64,000 bases of DNA from Lobosporangium transversale. Lineage: Eukaryota. Numbering within the stretch: position 1 is the first letter of the stretch; each line of letters starts with the position of its first letter. The stretch is taken from positions 62,001 to 126,000 of the forward strand of contig NW_019028992.1 of assembly GCF_002105155.1 (NCBI RefSeq), given 5' to 3'. Below are positions 23,813 through 37,354 of this stretch, one piece after another. The notes below the pieces were generated by a model. It was not told the DNA's origin. It did no database searches and saw only the letters and a list, made by a program, of their open reading frames with translations. Made by a program: the position numbers and the translations under genes.

Positions 23813-25268
23813 AACTCATTGTTTCATTTATAAAACTACAATTAGACATGACTCTGATAACGAGCGTCCCCGCACACAGAAGCAGATTGAAGACATGAAT
23901 AGAGAGATCGCCAATCGATTTCTCGAAGTGTTTGCGCCCGATAAAGACGACCCATTTCAACAACGGATCCCAATTGTACCATCAATAGGCAATAACGACG
24001 TATACCCCCATAACATTATGGAAGCAGGCCCTAACCGCATCCTGCAGCATTTTTCAGAGATTTGGGCCGAATTTATCCCTGAAAGCCAATATCATACGTT
24101 CCAACATGGTGGATACTACACGGCTGAAGTTGTCCCTGGCAAGATTGCAGTGGTTGCGCTGAATACATTATACTTTTTCAACCAGAACGCAGCTGTGGAT
24201 GGATGTGACTCTGATGACGAACCAGGCACGGATCAAATGGACTGGCTGGAGGTTGAGCTGGAATCAATGAGGAAAAGAGGAATGACTGCATATCTTACAG
24301 GGCATGTGCCACCTGCTCGCAAGTCGTATTCGGACTCTTGCTTTATTCGTTACACTGATATTGCACTGAGATTTCAAGATGTGATTGTAGGACATCTCTA
24401 TGGTCATGCCAATATTGACCATTTTTTCATTCTTTCACAAGCCACTCTTAAAGGAAGTGAGTTTGAGCTCCCATCTGAGGAGGAGATTCCACACACTGAA
24501 GAGCCCGAAAATAGCAATACCGCAACTGTTGGATTCATGGGAAAGAACAAGAGTGTATGTGGAGATAAATCCTTCGAGTACGAGTATGACCAATTTCACT
24601 ACATGGGACTAAGCTCATACCTTCTGGAGCTGTGGGAGCAATACGAGGATATCCCAAAAAAGAAAGTCAAACTAAGCGACTATGCAATCGTTCTCGTCTC
24701 ACCATCCGTAGTCCCAACCTACAACCCGAGCCTGCGTGTCTACAGCTATCAGCTAGCTACCGAAAAAAGCCAAGATGAGCTGCTGACTGTCTCGCCTAGC
24801 GAGGAATTGGACGGGTCTCAAGCTGAATCATTCGAGGACGAAGCAGGGGATTTAGACAATGAAGTAGAGCAAGAAGAGGAAGAAGAAAGTTTGTGGAGCG
24901 GATTTGTTGCTCAACGGTATGGTCACAATGTGGACAACAATTACAATAACGGCAAAAAGAAAAAGAAGAAGCCTAAAAAGCCCAAGAAGCCTAAAAGGCC
25001 ACCAAACCCTCCAGCAGTCCCTCCTTCGGCGTTTGGGTTCCCTCTTCATTACACACAATACTGGGTAAACCTGACTCTGGCGAATTTAGAAAAGAAACAG
25101 CCTGAGTATGTTGTTGAGTATCGGAGTAAAGAAGATTGGGGGCTTCAGGATTTAAGTGTCCCTGGGTGGTTGGCTCTAGCGAGGAAGGTCGTAACAGACG
25201 ATCGTGTGAAAGAGCAATATCTTGCCAGGATGGTTGTCCTAACTGGTACAGAAAACGATCATTTTTAA
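23142..25268 (+). CDS. PPN1: Vacuolar endopolyphosphatase (calcineurin-like metallophosphoesterase), 2 exons
   Basis: N-terminal TM segment, then FLHITDIHPD, WTGDNAR|HD, IGNNDVYPHN, GHVPP, GHLYGHANIDHF, SPSVVPTYNP, a Lys-rich stretch and YTQYWVNL. Confidence 0.93.
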
Positions 25269-25793
25269 GAAAGGGAATACGGAGCAAATGGTACTGTCAG
25301 CTTTGTTTATAACTAATAACTGATGTGATTATTAGTGGAGTTCAAAAGAAAGAGGAGTGGGAAAAATATCCTTTGTATGCAGCATGCTGCAGTCAGCGAT
25401 GCTACTTTTTTTTCTCCATGCTACAATGCGATGCGACATGAGTATTTATTAAATCATTATTGTTCTGAAGACTACGAAAAGAATAAACAAACAAACTAAA
25501 CAAACAAATAAATAAAGAACAAAAAAAAAACAGAGGCGTTTTACTGAGAAAAGGATACATTTCAACAAGACATAATGTACAGAGAGAGGGGTATCTAATG
25601 TGCAACACGCCTCGGATGGGATGAAGTGAAAGGGCCCCTTAGGAAGAAAGAATAACGGCCAAGCAATAAGGATGTTATGCAGAAGACGACTCAGGAAGCA
25701 AAAAGGCCTGATCCGACCTTCTTTTTGGGCTATGTGCTTCTGTTCCACTTTCCTATTGGTTTTTTTTTTTTTTTTTGTGGTTTGTTGCCGTTA

Positions 25794-27263
25794 CTATGTC
25801 AGAATAGATGGCACGATTGGCTGTAACTTCTCCTTGGCTTTCCCGCGGAGGCCTAGATCCTCGCTGGTAGACTGTTCAAATGTTTGACAGAGATCAAGCA
25901 CTGTTGCTGTGCCAATATTAAGAATATGGATGTTCTCCAGGATGTCCAAATAGTTTTCAGGAGTAAAACTCCTAAGCCATCGCGGACCGTCATCTGTGTA
26001 GAGCTACCAATGCCAATGCATATACAAAGGTTCGCACACATACAACAGAAAAATGTGTGAGAAAGCAGTGACTGTGCGAGATAGGAATAAAGGATGTCAT
26101 CCAAATGTTCGTTTCGAAATATGAAAGCGTTACCCAGTACAAGAGCTCATCGAAACGACTACTCTCTGGATTCCTAAATTCAATCTTCAACTCAGGAAGA
26201 GAATCATTCATGTCAGAGTCGAAAGAGCTTTCATTCTGAATACCTTCAGAACGGCTGTAAGATTGATCCTGGTGGTTTTGATGGTTTTCGTCCAAGCTCT
26301 TGCCAAATCGGGATGCGTCTGGGTCTGTGAATGTGGTGCAAAAAAAAAAAAAAAAAAAAAAAGTTTAGGGGTTTATAGATGGACCCTAAAAAAAATGACA
26401 TGAAAAGAGGGATGCATTACCTTCCTCCATTGATTCATCGTCATCTACTGTACAGACCTCATCACCTTGTATCGACATATTGTCGATCTCGCTGGTATCA
26501 TCGTCATCATCGCCATTACCACCATCATCACCACCATTATCGTCATCGTCGCTATCGCTCTTGGATCCCCAAGCATCATCAAAAATCATCTGGTCAAATA
26601 TTTTGCGAAATGTCAGACACCGTGCCTAGTGATATCATGACAGTCGCAACCGATGATTGAAAACAATTGGACAGAGTTTTAGTAAGACTCTAAATGTCTA
26701 GTAAATACGCTTCATATATTTGTACATTTGGTTGATACGCATTCAAATGTGAGCCTTTGCCCATGTGTTGTACACCCCATTACAGGAAGAGGGGAAAAGT
26801 GTCGTTTAAAGGATTCATTCAATGGTATAAATATTGCACAAATGCAAACAAACAATGAATATTTTTGTTTGCGTGTTTTATAAAAGATGTGACCATAGAT
26901 CTGGCGGAAATCGCTGAAGACCAGACAAAAAAAGGCAAATAAACTAAAAAAAATAAAAAAAAAAAGAAAACGTACCGACAACAATTGAACATGCACATAA
27001 AAGCGCAGACTGCCTGCTACAAGAATACAGTTAGCATCTGATTTTCTGTTAAATAACGTCGGCCCCAAGGGTATTAAGCTCCGTGCAATAGCATCAGCGA
27101 CGTAGATGGTAGGTGGACAATCTGAGGAAGCATCCACTGATAAATGATCTTGCATGGGAACGTTGGATGAAACGTCCTCATGCCCTTGTTGACAGTGTTG
27201 TTGCTGTGCTGTATTAATATTGTTTTGAAATTTTGGATCTGGTTGAGAAGTGAAAATAGTCAT
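25794..27263 (-). CDS. BTB/POZ-like domain protein with an acidic insertion, multi-exon
   Basis: LFNRKSDANCILVAGSLRFYVHVQLLS|ARCLTFRKIF ... (D/E-rich insert) ... FDELLYWV|YTDD. Stop TAG at 25794-25796. Confidence 0.7.
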
Positions 27264-28022
27264 TTGGGAGCAAGAAAATAATGTCGACTTGGTTTGCAGT
27301 AAGGAGTGAACCCAAGGAGGATGAAGGCGATGTGAAATATTTGTAGTAAGGCTTTGTAGTGATTTGGGGAAGAAGGGTCCTTCATCGCTCAAGGGTACAG
27401 ATATAAAAAAAAAAAAAAGAAAAAGGAAAAAGAAAAAAAAAAAAAAAGGAAAAAGAAAAAAAAAAGCGAGAGTAAGGCGTATTTATTCCAATCTGGAAGA
27501 GGAAGAGAAACCTGTCTGTTTATGCTGGACTCTTCACAAATGTCATGCATGTCTCCCATCTTTTTTTTTTTTTTTTTCTTGTTTGTTTTGATTATTTGGG
27601 CATGTTTCTCTTAAGGCCATGATTTATTTAAGCGATCATGACCTGACTCTCCTGTAGCAAAAAAAAAGATATGCATGAATGCTGATGAGACTACACACCT
27701 CCACGTTCAGAGTTTTCAAAGTTTCTAACTTCTATTGCGGCAGGGGTTGTGCGTATGTGGTCAAAGGCATATATCTTATTGTTTCCTTTGTTTCTTTGAA
27801 AATGATTAGGCTAGTTTTGAGTGGTTTTTCAAAAAAGCACTCGCCTCTTCGTCACCTCCCAGAAACAGAGCCTGTGCATTTTTTTGTTATTCTTGGTGTA
27901 GTTGCACATGTGTAATTTTGTATTTATTTGAATGCTTTACTTTGTAAGTTATAATGGGACAATGGATAATTGGTATCTATTTCAATGAGGATGCGATTTG
28001 ATCTCCTTCGTTATATTATTCT

Positions 28023-29946
28023 CTACTCCATGAGCACTGGCTCGAGCTGCTTGCGCAGTTTATGGTGCTTAATAAGCAAGCTGAAGACAAAGGCAAGGCC
28101 CATAAAAGGAATACAGACAAGGAATGCCTGTCTTAATGCCAGCATGTAGGCATGTAAGATCTGGGCTTCCAGATCTGAACCAAATGTTGGTGCCAAGTAA
28201 GAATCCACCATAACCTTTTCAACTTCAGGAAACTTGTCGATCAATGGGTCGAGGTTGGATTTGACGCCGTTATTGAAGACCGTACCCGCGATAGCGACGC
28301 CAAATACAGAACCAACAGTTCGGAAGAATGTCGCAGTAGCAGTTGCCACAGCCATGTCTTTAGTCTCAACTGATGATTGAATAGCAAGCATAACTGTCTG
28401 CATCGAAAAACCAATGCCAAGTCCGACCAGGAACAAGTATCCAATCAACTCGCCACGAGAAGTATCCTCATGGAAAAGTGTTAATAGACCTGTGCCAGTA
28501 GTGGAGAGTATAAGACCAATCCAGATGAAAGGACGGTATTGACCCCACTTTGAGACCATGATACCCGAGGAGATAGAGGCTAGCAAGAGACCGACGATCA
28601 TAGGCAACATCTCCAGACCAGATGCAGTAGCAGATTCTTGTCGTACGATCTGGAAATACAAGGGCATGAAGAACATGACACCAAAGAGACCCATACCAAT
28701 GAAAAAGCTAGTCAAGAATACAGCGACATTCGTACGGCTCTTGAACATATGGAATGGAATAATGGGCTCCTGCGCTACTTTCCACTCAATCAAGCAGAAG
28801 ACGAAAAGAACAGCTGCGCCTGCGCAGAAGAGGCCAATCACAAGAGGAGAGTCCCAGTCATATTCACTTCCACCCCAGTTCAGTGGCAGTAAGACCAATA
28901 CCAGGCCGATTACCAGGGAGAGAGATCCAAAGACATCGACACGCTTGAGCTTCTCTTTGAGTGAACCTTTAGAATGAGGCAAGTGGAGCAACTTGGCGAC
29001 CGCGATGACTGTGATAGCACCGATCGGGAGGTTAATGAAGAAGGCCCAGCGCCAAGACGCTTTGTCGGTAAAGACGCCCCCAAGAAGAGGACCAATGACG
29101 GATGAGAATCCAAAGACAGCTCCAATAATACCCTGGTATTTACCACGATCTCTTAGTGAGACAATGTCAGTAATAATAATCATGACCATGGACATGATGC
29201 CTCCAGCACCAATACCAGCGATTCCGCGAGCAACAATCATCATCAGCATGCTCTGGGCAGCGCCACAGAGGGCAGAACCAATCAGGAAGATCAAGATGGC
29301 GAAGAGGAAAGTAGTCTTCCTGCCAAAAATATCAGAGCCTTTGCCATACCTATTTTGTTAAATGCAGAAAACAGAAAGTTAATCTCATTATATATAGCCA
29401 GGTAATACATAATGTATGGATATTTGACTTTAGGACCATGACTTACAATGGCTGAAATGTAGTTGAAGTCAGGAGATAACTGGTTCCGATCCAGGGAATT
29501 TGTTTGAGGCCGTTAAATTCGTTGGCGATTTTTGTAGTACAAACCGAGACGATCGTCTGGTCAAGCGATGAGAGGAAGATACCCAGCATCAATCCTACAA
29601 ACACGATCATTAGCTCCTTGAAAGGTAATGAGACTACACCTTGGTCAGTAGATACTACAGGTGAAATAGCATCGCCGCCATTATCCTGAACTGAGTCTTT
29701 TAAGGATGGATCGATCGGTGATGAAGTGGCGTCTTTTGAATTCTTGTCGTCATGAACCACAACTTCCTGCATTTCGTACAGACTCTGATGATTGATGTAT
29801 TCTTGCTTGCCGTTTGAAATAGGAAGGGATGTATGCGATGAGGTTTTTTGGAAGGGAGATGTTGACGACTCGATATTAGACTGATTCTTTTCAGAATCGA
29901 TGACTATAGTGCCATTGTCCGAACGTGAGTGAATAGATGAACCCAT
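28023..29946 (-). CDS. MFS drug:H+ antiporter (DHA2, 14-TM type), 2 exons
   Basis: GIFLSSLDQTIV, QPL|YGKGSDIFGRK, RGIAGIGAGG, GPLLGG..WRWAFFINLPIG. Intron at ~29350-29445. Confidence 0.92.
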
Positions 29947-32613
29947 CAAAATACAGCACTGTGTATTGCCTTTGTATGTGTATGCTCTGTATTAACGCTG
30001 ACAAAAAAGAAAACAGGAAAAAGAAAGAACTTGGAAGAATGTATGGATGAATAGGAACAAAGGACAACAGTTTTGAGAAAAAAGCAGGAAGGGGTACTGA
30101 CGGTTGGTAGAAGATGAGAACGGTAACGATGGAGATGTCTGACAGTAATGAATATGTATATTTATAATGAATCCATGAAGCAAAATGATGAGGAAAGAGA
30201 AAGGATAAGAAGGAAAAAAAGAGAGATCCATTTATCCATTTCGTTCCATTAAAACCCTTTCTTACACGGCAATACCTTTACGCAGATCGTTTGTTTGCAA
30301 ACAAATAAGCATGACAGCTTGATTTTGGGTATGGTGGAAAAAGATGGTCATTTTTGGAAGTAATTTTTAATGTAACCTGACTCTAAACTCTTATTGTTCT
30401 TTAGGTTTATCTAAACTGGTTTGTCCTGTCGCAGCCGTGCAGCAATTCATTTCATTTTAGGTTTCACCTTCCTTATTCGAGAACAGGATATTAATAATAT
30501 CCCTGTTTCCACGGTACTTCGGCATCCATATCCGCAATCGCTTTTTGTTTTGATCCGTAGCTCTACAACGATAAAATCCAACTGATCATAGTCTGGTATC
30601 CTTTTTTTCTTTATTCGGAGAAATAGTGATGGCGTTGACGCCTCTAACAATATTTCATTGTATTAAGCTTTTGTTTAGTTTATCATTAATAGTGTTTAGC
30701 TTCATTGATTGGTATAGTATTATGATATACAGGTTAATTGAGTTAATTCATAATTTCTACTCTGAAGCCACAAAATGGTTTTCGCTAAAAAAAACCCATC
30801 CAGACATCTTGACATCAATCTTGCTGAAGTTGTCAATATCTAACAGATGAGTTGAAGAGTGGGTAGGTATTCAATACATGGAAGTGTAGCATATAATCTG
30901 ACGGCCCATAATCAGCACCACATCTGACCCTTCAATATTGCAATAGCGACTCTCAGCTTATTTTTTTATGCCTCTTATATGATACGCTCCTCTAAGATTA
31001 TAAGGCAGGGCTAATATGGCTCTCAATATAGAGATCCTCAGATAGGCCCCAAACATCAAGAACGAGCAATACCCAATATCAGACTTTTGTTGTTTATTAC
31101 AACTGACAAAATGATTGACAGGCTACATTCGCTCAAGTAACTTTTTAGTTCAAATAAATAGGAAAAAAAGCAAATATCAATCATTCAAATGTTGACGAAA
31201 TTATAAAAATAAAAGGCTGTGTCCATATCTAGAATGAATGAAGCGAGAATATATGACTGGTGAAAGAAAAGCTTGATTTGGACGCGCCCTTTTTCCCTTG
31301 AATAGGGCGCTGCTGACTAGATCCTCATCCCTTCTATCCATGGGGCCTCTCCTGCCTTCGCCCTTCAAAATTTGTTCCTATCATGGAACAATAGAAAAGC
31401 CTACGACTACAAATTCTATGCTGTCCATGGCCACCTTTTCCCTATCAGCACTTCATGTTTATTTGGCACCTTTTCTTTCCCCTGAAAGTAATAAGCCGCA
31501 TTAATTGCACCATGACTCCTTATGCGCCCTATTCCTATGTACACGTTGCTCCTCTGTTCGCTTGGCTGTTCGTTAAGGTCTGCCGCCGTAGTTGGCGCGA
31601 AGTTTCCATCATTCATTATTCCAATTAAGCATTTCTATCCTTGTTTGTTATTATCACCTTGCCTCCTTTTTTGCTCAGATAGAAGGAGTCTCTTCCTTGT
31701 AAATTCAACATCAAACATCAACCCCCTTTGCTCTTCTCCGTGTTGTGGAGAGCAAGGTAAAAAAAATACCACTATTCTTTTTACTTGCCCAGATCTTTTT
31801 TTTTTTTTTTTTTTTTCCCGCATGCTTGGGCGGTGAACTTTCCGTATACAGTGTATGCTTTATTTGATTGACTGATCTCCTCATTTACCATTCCGCTCGT
31901 GATCCAATCCTTTATGAATGGCTCCTTTCTTCTGAATGTTCGTCTGTCTTTTTAAAAATAACGCCTTGAACCAAAAAGGGTTTCTTTCAAATGCTCGAAT
32001 GCTCAGGCCTTGTCTTAGTCTCTCGGTCTTGTCGTTCTTAACATGATATCCTCAGCTTAGACTGCAGCCTTTCTCCTATCGCGCTAAAATAAGGGCGCCA
32101 CCTCATCTCTCTCCCACTCTCGCGTCTGCTTCCAATCCCAGTACCCAAAGACCGCCCCGTCAACATCGGTGCTGGCACTGCAACGATCACCACCGTCTCC
32201 ACTGCCGTTCTAATGCCACTGCTTCGTCCACTTGGCTCTCTGACACCAATGCTGACGTCCATCTTTTATTTCGCAGACAAAAGTACGGCACGACTCCATC
32301 TTCGAGCCGGATGTTGATCTTGTTCATCAAGCGACTAATAAAATCTTCCACCGTTCCATCTTTCTTTCTCTTCTCCGTTTCTATCTCTGTTTTTTCGTCT
32401 TCTTATCATCCTCGTTCCTTCTTTTATTTATTCATTCCAGGCATCATCTTCTTCCTAATCTCTGTCGCACTTTTTTTTACCTACGCTTGTACCATCACCT
32501 CTTCTCGCCAACATTACTTGCAGTGATCGTCCTTGACTAAATCACAACAATAATCTAAGTGTCAGCAACTAAAACAACAACTGAGGGTTCGTAAATACAA
32601 TATAACGCGCCTC

Positions 32614-35600
32614 ATGGATCAAAGACAGTATGTCCAAGAAACCACTACTGCGTTCTCGCGTTTGATGATAGATGACAAAAGAACCAACAATAATAATATC
32701 GATATAACCAGTAACCACAGAAAGTCTGTTCAGTCTCTCCTGTCGAACATCATCAACTTTTCTACTGTCAATGCACACCAGCAATTATCGTCAAAAACCA
32801 TAACGTCTTCCTCTCCTTCTATTCTCGATGCCACAGAGACAGTCAAGAGGCAACAGCAAAGCCCTTCCCTACTTTCACAACCCACCATGTCTATTCCCCC
32901 CATCCCAACAGCTACCATGGGAGTCGAGCCGGTACCCTCTTGTAATTCCTTAGACACAGCTCAAGGTTCTGGGTCAACTGTAACCATTGTATCACAGACA
33001 AGTCTCTCTCCGCTGGTCGAGCGAGACCTTTTGAGTAGCAGCAGTAGCAATGTTACCTTGGTTCCTGACATGGCTATTGCAAAGACAAAACTAAGACCCC
33101 TCTCATCGATGGAGTGCGCAGAATGTAAGATTTTATGAAGATTTGGAGTCCAGAAATAAGCTAATGAAGTTTGAATCATTTATAATTGTTACTTTCCGCG
33201 GACCATTTCTCTCCCATTCGTCTCTTCCCCGACTAATTGTTTTCTATTCCATTTGACGCAACGTTAGCATGGCTTCCAACAGTTACTCTGACTACAAGCA
33301 TTCCACAAACACTCTCCATAAATGGAAATCAAAATAACAATGTTTACAATAGAGTCGCAAGCATCTCGACAAACAGGCAGTCCATTCACCCATTGGAGCT
33401 GGAACCAAGCTTCGACGCTACGACTAGCACAATAACAGAGCAAAATCATAAATCCAGGCTATTAACAAACCCATTGCCACTGTTTACGGAGTCAATGCAG
33501 CAAGCCCAATCGCAATCGGTAATAACCAAGAAGACATCAATTGCAGCGAAGCTTCGGAAAGTATTTATTAGTAGACAACAACAGAGTCTCTTTGTCACAA
33601 AGGGTCTAGAGACTCGAGAAGGTATTGTATCGCTGTCATCATCTCTCAAAGATGAAGCGAACGGGAGCTCCGGAAATAGTGGCACGCTCACGTCTACACA
33701 ATTTGCTACAGGCAAGCATCGCGGATCCACCTCTTCTAACAGCTCTGCTGATACTGCACTTGGCAATAGAAGTGGTAATCTGCCGTTCCGACGCTGCTCG
33801 GGCCAAACTGCAACACCATTAACATCCCCAGAGAATTCACCTCCCAATTCTCCAACGATCAAGGTGAGCCCTAGTTTAATGATCGTAGCGGCGGCAGTTC
33901 ATGACCAGGCTGAATCTCCATCATCCATCTTTAACCCTTCATTCCTAACGCTGGAGGCCGAGGGTTCGAGTGATGCAGCTAGCGCAAGCATTTCTGCTCT
34001 AGGTCATTCTGACCTTCATGATAAAAGTACATTGCGGTCTCTATCCTCCAAATCTATCAAAAGGCGTCTCTCCTTTGCCTCCATCTCTTCCTTCTTTGGA
34101 TCACGCAATAACAACACTCCACAAGAATCTCGTGCGAAGCAGCATCGATCCTTTTCTGTTCCGCATGTAGAAAACCCTCTGACCGTTGGGCGTCAGATCG
34201 CCGGCTTCCAGCGGCGACACTCCCTGAACGACTTGCATGACCACTCGAATGGAAAACTACCCTTGTCTGTGCATCACCATGTTGTGTCGCCATTATCTTC
34301 TGAGGAGGCACAAAATACAAGCGTAATTACATCTGCTACTAACCGAGGGCCTTCCAAGAAACTGTCCTTCAACAACATGTTCAGCAAACAAAAAAAGAAG
34401 AGCATAAGGCCTTCAAAGCTCGCGCCATCTGCATCTGCCAAGCCATTGAAGTCAGCACTTGTGCACCGATCTCCAGGCACTGCGAATGATCAGTCCAAGG
34501 CTCATCTCGTCCACAGCAATGCCTACCGACGATCGTCTTCTGTGCGATCCCAAAGCAGTTCCTATTGCCAACAATACCGCCACTATCCTCATTACAATCA
34601 GCACCATCATCAGTGCCCATCTCAGCATGCGCTCAGTACTACAGACTCACTAACTCATCTTGCAGAAGCAAACCATTCCTTAGCCTCACTCAGTAGGAGA
34701 AGCTCTATTCAGGAGGACGATGGCCATGATATATATCAACAATCATACAATTATTTACCATGTTCACCCACTGTAGCATGTAATTCCTGCACATCCCGAT
34801 TGTCCTTGGAGGGACCCAATGATGGTATTCTCGGGACTATGGCGACTAATATTATGAATGTTGTTACTGCCAACGCATTATCTACTCCAACTCCAAGGAT
34901 TCTTCCTACTATAACCATCGAGACAGGCTTAAATAACGATATAGCTTATGAAGCACAATATTGCTCGCTGCCTCAGCACCTCTCCCCGATTCTGTCTCGA
35001 TCATCCTCTTGTCGCTCCTTCTCATCATCCTCAGAGAGCGTTGGTGAGGCCCATCAATCCTCGTCATCTTCATCATCCTCGTCATCCATATCTGGTAGTG
35101 GATCATGCTCTTCCTCCAGTTGCTCCATCCACTTTGAGATCAACCACACACTTGCTCCCACACACAAATCGGGGCAGCTACGGGTTAATGGAAGCAGCTG
35201 TAGACGTCCATCAGATAACCAGACGTTTAATCCACTACTCCCAGCCTTTGCAGCACGTGTTTCAGTGGACCATATTGCCCTTGATAGCCACCAAAGCAAT
35301 TCTATCACTACAGAAGCGCCGTCCATTGCCTATGAATCCCCCTCAACCATATCCAACTCATCGACTGAGGATTCTTCTGCGTCTTCAACCTGCACCAATG
35401 TGACGCTTCTTCCTCTAGCCAACTCTATTGGATATCAAAAGCGAGATCTAGTACCTTTACAACACCTGGGTGGTTATCATGATTTGCAGTGTCAACAAGA
35501 AGCTACTGTATGTCTACTTTATGACCAAAATGAGTATGAAGATGAACGTGCATACGAACACGGACACGAACATGAACATGAACAACAATACCATCATTAT

Positions 35601-35960
35601 GCCATAGACCATGATGAGTATGAGCAAAGACGCCATCTTATTGAATATCAACGTCAGCAGCATCAATATCATCATCTTCACCATCTAGACCTTCACCATC
35701 AGGAGCAGCATTGTTATGTAGATTGGGCCTCCATCTACCCACCACGTCCTCCACGTCAACTACAGTTTTCGACCGAAGGTCCGACTGTGTTCCCAACATG
35801 GACACCAGAGCAATATGACCGAACCAGTGATACTAGTACCACAGCTTCCCGTCTGACGCCTGCAACCGCTCAAAGGATTAAACTAGAGTTGAACCAATTC
35901 AAGCGTCATGAGATGGAAGTCCATCAAGATAGTCAAATATACACCCACTATTTCCTCTAA
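32614..35960 (+). CDS. Ser-rich disordered protein with a C-terminal Bni4/Phactr-like PP1-binding module
   Basis: C-terminus RQLQFSTEGPTVFPTWTPEQYDR...RLTPATAQRIKLELNQFKRHEMEVHQDSQIYTHYF. One intron at ~33125-33268 joins ORFs 32614 and 33237. Confidence 0.75.
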
Positions 35961-36091
35961 AAAAGAAAGAAAAATATATATGCGCTGATCAAACATGTAA
36001 GACAAACCGACGCGTCCAGAGAAATTAAACAGAGCATGATCGCATAAAGAGACAGTAAAGACAAAATAAGTAATCATAATAGTAATAATAC

Positions 36092-36163
<72 letters not shown>

Positions 36164-36187
36164 GTAGTAGTAGTAGTAGTAGTAGTA
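36092..36187. repeat. Compound microsatellite, about (ATA)24(GTA)8
   Basis: Directly visible trinucleotide tandem array downstream of the Bni4-like gene. Confidence 0.95.
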
Positions 36188-37354
36188 ATAGTAATTATAA
36201 TAATAAAATAATAATACATAAAAGAAAATAAAACAAAAGTTATTATATATCAATATTTAGCCTCATGTATGGAGTGTGGAGCATCAGAATTCAAAAGAGA
36301 ACGGAATTGTTCATGGCAGGTGAAGAGGCAGTGCTGCTAAAGCCACTTCTATGCCACGGCGGTAGCATCTTCCCGAAACATGACATCCACTAATAGGCAC
36401 ATAGTGCTGTTGAAATATGCCAGGATCATAGTAAGTAACGAGAATGAAAGAAAGGTGTCTTTATTATGATCCAGGGATCTTCGTTCAATAAAAGGGGTAA
36501 AGATCTTAGCTGTAGTAAAAACGTAAAAACCCATATAAATGACTGGTAATCGCAACAGCTGTCATACGCGGGTGTAGCATTGCCGTACGCGATCAGTGTG
36601 CAGATAATCATTCAACAGACTATAAAACTGCAGAGCCTTGGCTCTATTGCTACCGTAATCGGTTTTGATGACGGAAGTGGCACACCATAACACCATATCT
36701 ACAGAAACATGGTCATAGTGACCGCACTCATCTGACTCTTTTCGTGATTGTTATGATGGTGGCAGTTGAGATTATGCAGAAGCCTTGGTGCATTCTTTAG
36801 CCTATAATTAGGCTCATCTTCTCTAAGACGTAAGGAAAATGCTATTCTCATGTAGGTCTAGGGGGCGAAGGAAGTCGTGGCTGCAGGATTCTTTCGTTAT
36901 TATCAAGGGTGTTTGACGTCTTCACGCTCCTGAGCAGCTCGTTTAGGAGATAAGCAAGAAGAACGTCAATGGTGTCGTCAAAGTAAATTGTACCAATACA
37001 TGGAATAAAGCTTATAACTCTTATAATTAATGGACCTATCACTTTATTTTTAACTGACCTTTTGTTATTTTGGAGTGTCTAAAAAGGGCAACATCTCCTT
37101 TGCTTCTTCCTTTCACATTTCAACGTTTCGAGCGATAATTTCTTCCTTACCTCATAGCAGTGGCTCCCATGAATGATGTCTCTTTTATTCAGTCAGACAA
37201 TTCACACACTAGACATTATGATTTATTGTGACGAATTTCCAGCATTCGAAATCGTTTCATTCAAATACAGCGGTCTTTATTTTTTAGGGTTCTTATAAAA
37301 AAAAAAATAAAAAAAAAAAAATTTACAACTCCATCATTCCTTTCTCCATTTCAT

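Noticed and set aside
32030..32310. GC-richer stretch upstream of the Bni4-like gene (possible uORF or exon)
   Set aside because: No convincing start or splice path; probably 5' UTR.
36300..37050. Hydrophobic ORF fragments suggesting a membrane-protein pseudogene
   Set aside because: Too fragmentary to assign.
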